Assembly (NCBI GenBank): GCA_002269645.1
Contig: NIVC01000020.1
Location: 682,001 to 746,000 of the forward strand
Length of the DNA: 64,000 nucleotides
DNA from: Macrostomum lignano
Lineage: Eukaryota
Direction: 5' to 3'
The translations under genes were made by a program, and so were the position numbers. This document shows positions 57,201 to 64,000 of this stretch, one piece after another (position 1 is the first letter of the stretch; each line of letters begins with the position of its first letter). A model generated the notes under the pieces. That model was not told where the DNA came from, did not search any database, and saw only the letters and a program-made list of their open reading frames with translations.

Positions 57201-59314
57201 GAAGGCTGTCTGCTCAGCTTAAGGATCTGGGAGGCTGGCTGCTCAGTCTGAGGATCTGGGAGGCTGGCTGCTCAGTCTGAGGATCTGGGAGGCTGGCTGC
57301 TCAACCTGATGATCTGGGAGGCTGGCTGCTCAGCCTGGGGATCTGGGAGGCTGGCTGCTCAGCCTGAGGATCTGGGAGGCTGGCTGCTCAGCCTGAGGAT
57401 CTGGGAGACTGGCTTTTTCGCTTGAGGATCTGGAAGGCTGTCTGCTCAGCCTGAGGATCTGGGAGGCTGGCTGCTCAGCTTAAGGATCTGGGAGGCTGGC
57501 TGCTCAGTCTGAGGATCTGGGAGGCTGGCTGCTCAGCCTGAGGATCTGGGAAAGTGACACAAAAACAGCTAGGCAGCATCAGTTGAGCTCACATCACGGC
57601 CTCCTGCTCCAGACTGTTGGTTCTGCTGTGGGTCCGCACCGAGCAGGCGGAGAAATTCGATGCGTTCCGTCTGTGGCCGAGGCCGCCGCCGCCCAGGGTG
57701 CCGAGGGCCGCCGAGGAGGTGGAGGCGGACGTGAGGACGGGCGCCGCGCTGTCTGGCGTGGAGGCCGCAACGGCCGAGGCGACCGAGCCGTCTGTAGCCG
57801 TGGACGTGGCGGAGGGCAGCAGGGGCTGCAGGCTGAGGCGGAGGGTGCTGTTGTCCAGCCGCTGGCCCTGGCTGTAGGGGCTGAGGATGCACTTGTGCTC
57901 GGTGTCGCCCACCCAGGCCAGGTCCGTCAGGTCGATCACAGCGTAGCCGATCTTCGTGTACGAGCGGCCGCCTCGCTCCTCGCGCCGCACGGAGACGCGC
58001 AGGTGGACGGCCGGCGCGGCGGCGGGGGCGACAGGCGGTTGCAGGCCCAGCCGGCAGACAAACTCCATGGGGGGCTGGTTGGACCAGGACACCTTGTTGT
58101 CCCGGATCTCCCTGCGGGTGGGCCGGAGGTGACCAGCGGAATGGGACTGTGAGTGACCAGGGAGATGGGACTGTGAGTGACCAGGGAGATGGGACTGCGT
58201 GTGACCAGGGAGATGGGACTGTTAGTGACTAGGGAGATGGGACTGTGAGTGACCAGGGAGATGGGACTGCGTGTGACCAGGGAGATGGGACTGTGAGTGA
58301 CCAGGGAGATGGGACTGCGTGTGACCAGGGAGATGGGACTGCGTGTGACCAGGGAGATGGGACTGCGTGTGACCAGGGAGATGGGACTGCGTGTGACCAG
58401 GGAGATGGGACTGCGTGTGACTAGGGAGATGGGACTGCGTGTTGCAATGGGGTGGGAGTCACCGTGTGTTACCAGAGATATTATCCAGGAGGATACAAAC
58501 CAGACTAACTGGACCAAAAAGAGCTACAAAAAAGGAAAATCTCAGCCTATAAAGAGTTGCAGACATTTAAGGCAAAAATATGAAATGCACTCTTGACTCG
58601 AGCTGGCTGCCCGAACGGGCGCTCACATTGCGTGGGCGCCATCGGTAGAGCTTCAGACTGACTTTCTGTTTATTTCAATTCAGTCTGCTGCATCCCAGCA
58701 GCCCATTGTGAGCGGGGCGCAGCTAAATTTAGCCAAGGGCTCTCAAGAGTTGAACGGGTGCGCAGCTCACCTGTGCTCGGAGTGCTGGCAGAACCGGCCG
58801 CCCCGAAGCAGGCGCACCTTAGCAAATAAAATGCCATGGCTCAGCGTGACGCCTTCCAGCTCAAGGAGGCGCAGGCGGACTCGCACCTGGTGGTATTAAA
58901 AATAAATCAATTTGTGAGTTTCAGAAACTATAAGCGTGAATCCCAAGAGCTAAATGCGTGAATCTTAAGAGTTCTCTTTAAAACTGTGTGCGTTTTAGGC
59001 TAAACAGCGCACAGGCACTGACAGTCGCAACAGCGTACAGGCACTGACAGTCGCAACAGCGCACAGGCACTGACAGTCGCAACAGCGCACAGGCACTGAC
59101 AGTCGCAACAGCGCACAGGAACTGACATTTGAATGGCCATCAGAAACAAACAGAAAACAATCTGCACCTTTGCTGGACGGCAGCGGCTGCTGGGAGGCGG
59201 CGCGCCAGTGGCAGCAATGGAGTTGGCGCCAACGGAGGCCACGTCTGGCTCAAGCTGCTGCTGTGGGCTGAGCTGCTGCTGCTGCTGCTCAGGGGGCCGC
59301 ACGCAGTTAAACAT
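54227..59314 (-). CDS. FAM102A: NT-C2 domain protein, FAM102A/EEIG1 (SYM-3) family; exons 59314-59168, 58886-58771, 58111-57593, 55794-55605, 54355-54227 (366 aa)
   Basis: GILFAKVRLLRGG, HLRVSVRREERGGRSYTKIGYAVIDL, LDNSTLRL, HRRNAS...HSRTNS, SLERRR and NTRTDNFQIVKEVL parallel FAM102A. Phases 0, 2, 2, 0 match; total 1101 nt. The exon-4 acceptor is the least certain. Confidence 0.85.
54479..55536. repeat. 21-bp minisatellite filling FAM102A intron 4 (tgtccattagctaccctcccc)
   Basis: Period 21 with poly-C length variants. Confidence 0.96.
55960..56577. repeat. 20-bp minisatellite in FAM102A intron 3 (atatctgcattcacacccac)
   Basis: Period 20. Confidence 0.95.
57115..57552. repeat. 29-bp minisatellite in FAM102A intron 3
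   Basis: ctgaggatctgggaggctggctgctcagc, period 29; ends ~40 nt from the exon-3 donor. Confidence 0.95.
58139..58440. repeat. 24-bp minisatellite in FAM102A intron 2
   Basis: gtgaccagggagatgggactgcgt, period 24; ~27 nt from the exon-3 acceptor. Confidence 0.95.
59020..59127. repeat. 26-bp tandem repeat in FAM102A intron 1
   Basis: gcactgacagtcgcaacagcgcacag, about 4 copies. Confidence 0.9.
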
Positions 59315-60477
59315 CTTGGTGTGTCACGTGGGCTCAGAGCCAAGCATAGCCATGAATACAAATTTTATGTGTGTTCGTGCTTAAGAAACTGACAATGCAA
59401 ACTTATGAAATTGAAAACAAGCAAAGCTATGTTAATAATAATAATAATGAAAATGCCTATGGCCCTCAAAATATGGTAGTAGTATTCTACATACTAAAAT
59501 TTTATAGGCTGTTTGAAACATTTAACCCTCAGAATTTAGACTAGCCATGTTACTTTGTTTTGCAACTTGCTTTGCTTTTAATTCTTTTCATTTCTCTATG
59601 CCAATTTTTGTTGTCTTTCTTCTTCTTTTTGTTTTTATTTTCAACTTTATTACTTACCCTTGGTCTGTCATAATTTATGCTAGCCAGATTAGCTAGACTG
59701 GCTGGCTATTATGCATGTATATGCCCTTAGGTAGCACTAGAGCTACTAATCTTAGTTAAATATAATTAAACATGAAACACTAGTCCTAAGAAATTAAAAA
59801 AGAAGGATTTTTTAAAAAATTTGTAAAGTAAGTAAAGAAATAATAAGTTAATTATTCATATCATATAACTTTCAAAATATTGATATAAATAAGCTTATTT
59901 ATATAGGCCAATTCTTATTGAACATTAAACACAATATGTAATGATTAAAATCATATACAATATATTGTATCTTTATTATACAAAAAAACTTTAGTATCCT
60001 TTCTTGTTTATTTCTTATTAAAAAGGCAAAAAATATGAAATAAATTTTATCTTTTTCAATTAAATTCTTTTATCAAAACATAATGTTAGATAAAATCCAA
60101 AGATGGATATACAAATTGAAGAGATCTAGAAAATGCATTTTTAAATTTTTATCTATATTCTAGTATATAAAAGTACCATTTAAAAAACAGGGAATTTATA
60201 AATGAATACTAGATACCCATTATATACATCATAGGCATATATGTCCTATATGATAAATAAATTTTTTAGTCAAGATAATATTAAGTTGTCCTACTCCTAT
60301 ACAGTATACTCTATAGTATAGTTATTAGTTAACTAACCATAACCATGGGACATAAAATGATATAATTCAAAAAAATATATGCTATATCTATATCTATTCC
60401 ACACTTTATTTAAACTATCTAGTACAGCCAACTTTTGCATTGCATCACAGTGAAATATATATTATAAATATTATTAT

Positions 60478-61201
60478 GGCAGTGCTTATCCCCACGGTAC
60501 CGTAGGAAAAATTTCTGTCTTATTCTAACGGTACCGTGCGAATAATTTTCTGCTTATCCGCATGGCACACTGAGGAGATAGCTGCCCTATCTTCTACATA
60601 TGCCGTAGGAGTAATTTTCTGCTTATCCGCACGGCACACTGACAAGATAGCTGCCCTACACGTCCTCTGTTTTATTCCCTCTGCTTTACTAGCTGCCCTA
60701 TCTGCTACATATATTAGATATACCATATATATGCTGTGCGTGAATAGTTTATAGCTTATTGAAAGGGAATTTGAACTGAGGATACTAAGAAGCTGTTGAT
60801 CTTGATGTATAAACTCGAATCAGTTCTAGACTAGTATATGCATGTGTAAATGCGTGTTATTCTGCTTTACTGATACCCTTCTATATACTTATTCAACAAT
60901 AATTCAACAAAGTTGTGGCTATCCTTTAGTTTCATTCGTTTAATTATTTCCCGAATTATTTCGCCCTCTATTCAAGGGTGGTGGGGGGTGGGTGTTGGAA
61001 TTAAACGAACAAAACTGAAGGACAGCCAAAGTTGTTATACTGCACTCAAATCGTATGTACTAAACTTCCCACACGGCATATGTAGAAGATAGGGCAGCTA
61101 TCTCCTCAGTGTGCCGTGCGGATAAGCAGAAAATTATTCGCACGGTACCATTGGAATAAGACAGAAATTATTCCTACGGTACCGTGGGGATAAGCACTGC
61201 C
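60478..61201. mobile_element. Non-autonomous DNA transposon, MULE/MuDR- or Merlin-like
   Basis: 129-bp TIRs (60478-60606 and 61073-61201) starting GGCAGTG; 9-bp TSD tattattat. Confidence 0.82.
60917..61027. mobile_element. Small GGC...GCC MITE nested in the 60478-61201 element
   Basis: IR ggctatcctttagttt...cgtttaatt / aattaaacg...aaactgaaggacagcc; exact 8-bp TSD aaagttgt; core shared with 11154-11244. Confidence 0.7.
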
Positions 61202-63487
61202 TATTATTATTTATAAAATAGAAAATAAATATTATAAAATGACAAAATGTTAATATTAAGCAAAATGCATATTTGCCTATCAAATTTGATTAATTGATTA
61301 TTGTATTTAGTGGTGGATCCAGGATTTTAAAAATGGGGGGCAGATTGGCCCAACCCTTAAGTATATTTAAATTAGTGTGGTGGTTCTAGTATTTCTGCAT
61401 TGGCCCAAAATTAAAATGCCCTCTTATATGCAAGTCCAGACTCCAGCAACGGAAAATTAGGGTGTGACCCCCTAGTATATTAGTGTCAAATGCTTTGTAA
61501 ATGCTATAAAATTTTGAAAATGAAATGGTAAGATAAAAACAACGAAAATACCAGCTTTGTCACCCAAAGCTACAGGCAAATACTGACTACAATTTGAGAC
61601 ATATCCAATAGATTTTAGATTCAGTGATTCGTTGAAAATAACATTTCGTGATAGTGATAAAAATAAACCAATAGGTATTTGCATTTCAATATGACAAGGA
61701 CATTTGTGAGTAGATAATTTACAGGAAGAATTTAAGAAAAATTATTTACACCTTAAATCTCTCTAAATCACTTTGTTATAGTCTATACTAGTTTTACGCA
61801 ATTTGTTACAATAAGAATAGAAGGAAACAAGTGCAATTCTTACAAAAAACTCATATGAATGTTGTTGCAAAAACTATAGTAGTCTATACTGTACGATTGC
61901 ACATAAACCCATTTATATCGAAAAAAATATGGAATTGAAATCATTTATCATTACTCCTCTTTCCTTAGAGTATTCTAGCTAATAAATCACTTCGTAAAAG
62001 ACTCTTCAAAAAGCATCGGTGATCGGGTTTAGACTCGCGCTTTATTTCCTTTTCATTAGCTTTTTTTATATAGCTGCTTGCTTCGTAATGAAAATGTTGA
62101 CAAGCTGTGGGAATCAATATCCAGGGACTCTGTAGCAACGAGAACAGAATTTGATTTACGCTGATGCTCGAATTCAAACTATTGATATAAAGTTAATAAT
62201 GCTTTACGGTCTTTGTCTGCGTCGTTTACATAACATTAATTGCGTTTTATTCGTTCACTCAACATTAATTAAACTGTATTTTTTATTTTCACAGTTGTGC
62301 TGCGCTTCCCAATGATAAAGGAATGACGCTCCATTTTAGGTTAGTGAACAATGCATGAAATTAAGTTTCCATTTCCCCCCAGTTGCAGTTAAAAAGTACA
62401 GACGTGAAAATTCGTGACAACAAAATCAATGTTTCGGCCAGTGAGCTAAGATATAGACAGGAAAGTCTTTAAAAAGTAAATGATATATTTTCGCACATAA
62501 TCTAGAGAGACAAACTGAAAACAAGAAGCTGAGACGCAAACAAGAATGCACTAACAGGCGCTTTCCTGTAGAGCAAACAGGTAGAAGCGATAACGAATGT
62601 TAAAAGACTGGAGGAGTAAACGCGCAGGAAGGGTTTGCATTTTCACCCACTAGTCTTGTGGAGCAGTCGGGCAAAAAAAACAAAAAAGCAACCGGCGCAG
62701 TTGACACGGGCGGCTCGGGGCGCGAGCTCCGGCAGGTAAGGCCACGCTGATCAGTAAAGCAGCAACCAGAGCTGACAAAAAAGCATTGGGATCAATTAAG
62801 CATTAATAATAAAAAAGCCTCGCAGCCAAGATTTGCTGGGATATCACAGCCAGATTGTCGGGGACTAATAAGGGGGGCATTGGCCAACAGTGAGTTCGTG
62901 AATTTGTGAACATAAAAGTCGTGGAGTAAACATTGCTCAGGCCAATAGCTACATGATTAGGAATAACTATATAAAGTATATTATAATACTATACACTATG
63001 AACAACACTTGTGCAGCAAAGTGCGGAACCGCAACCTGTGACGCAATCAACCAAGTGCAGCTCTGTCGCAGTCTGTGCAAGCGGCGAGGCCTGCAAATAG
63101 GATGCAAAGTCTATGGCAAAAAGGTGAAATCGGCGCGGGCCAATGCAAACAGGTTGGATCAAAGATTAGAGCCATCAACAAGATGGACCGCGCAGTATTG
63201 AATGAGTGAACAGGCATAAGTCTATCTAGCTCTTGAATAAACTTGCAGATAAATTTGCTCAATCATGCTCGACCAGCTCAACTAAATGTTCGACTCTACA
63301 CAATCAGCATGCGACTACACAGGCAAAGTTAAAAGAAGCATTCAACCAACCGGAGAGCACCCTGTCAAGTACTAAGCATAGTCAGGAAATTCCCAGTCTC
63401 CATCTGCTTCATCATTATAAAAAATCGAGATCGAATTGTTTTTTAATTTCCCTGCAATATGCGCATCAGCTACTGAATTAAGAGTAG

Positions 63488-63958
63488 TGTGCATGACCTG
63501 CACAGCGGAGAGAAGAGAGCGGAAAGCGACACGGGAAACTATCCCCCAAAAAAGATTGATTTTATTCAGGACAATTTAAAAACTCGGGACCGGAAACGAT
63601 TGAGTTGCCCTTGGATTTCTAATAGACCTCAAGAATGCCCCACGAGATTGCCGTGAGGGCACCCTGGCTGTGGCTTCGGCCCAAAGCCAGCGGCGAGGCA
63701 ATTCTGACCAGCTCGCTGGCTCCTGAGCACTAACAGGCGCGCCAGTACTCGCTCACACAGGGTTTACAGCGGCCCTGGCTTCCTAATCGTCAGGCATGTG
63801 CACTCCTGTATGCCTTGGGGTTGGCCCTCCGCGTTGCTCGCCCACTCTGTTCTTCACTCTGCACCTTGCTGTCACCTGTAATCCTTGGGCTGATCGGTAA
63901 TCAGTAATCAGTGGCCGAATCGCTGGGCTTAGCGATGGCTCGAAAAAAGTTCGTCACA
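63488..63958 (-). mobile_element. Possible solo-LTR-like sequence
   Basis: TGT...ACA bounded ~470-bp GC-rich block with a minus-strand AATAAA; no TSD, PBS or PPT found. Confidence 0.25.
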
Positions 63959-64000
63959 ACAATTACAAAGTTAGGTAGAAGCAGGAAAACGAATAAAAAT

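Noticed and set aside
62700-63481. Short ORFs and a donor-like cag|gtaagg near 62735
   Set aside because: No recognisable domain or consistent exon structure within the window.

Overview
Animal (metazoan) genomic DNA: GC-rich genes separated by AT-rich blocks full of transposons and minisatellites. The overall style (intron-poor GC3-rich genes, introns stuffed with 18-32 bp minisatellites, long (GATA)n) resembles a free-living flatworm such as Macrostomum; that is an inference only. Genes found: a C2H2 zinc-finger gene with a minisatellite-like finger array, intronless COP9 signalosome subunit 2, a 4-exon DRGX/Drg11-type paired-like homeobox gene, a FUBP/KHSRP/PSI-like 4-KH protein with a GW-rich tail, a 3-exon AGPAT (PlsC), alpha-tubulin, a strongly atypical truncated RhoA-like gene, an orphan 602-aa ORF and a 5-exon FAM102A/EEIG1 NT-C2 gene. 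Mobile DNA: a disrupted L2/CR1-group LINE, two RTE fragments, P-like CAAGG-terminated foldback elements with 8-bp TSDs, a probable P-type excision footprint, hAT MITEs, GG-terminated MULE/Merlin-like elements and tRNA-derived SINE heads. Best leads: the P-like family with its footprint, the two-allele zinc-finger array, the Rho pseudo-GTPase, a hairpin array with invertible spacers, and a FUBP gene that may take its start codon from a spliced leader. Exon models were derived by hand from splice signals and phase and are untested.
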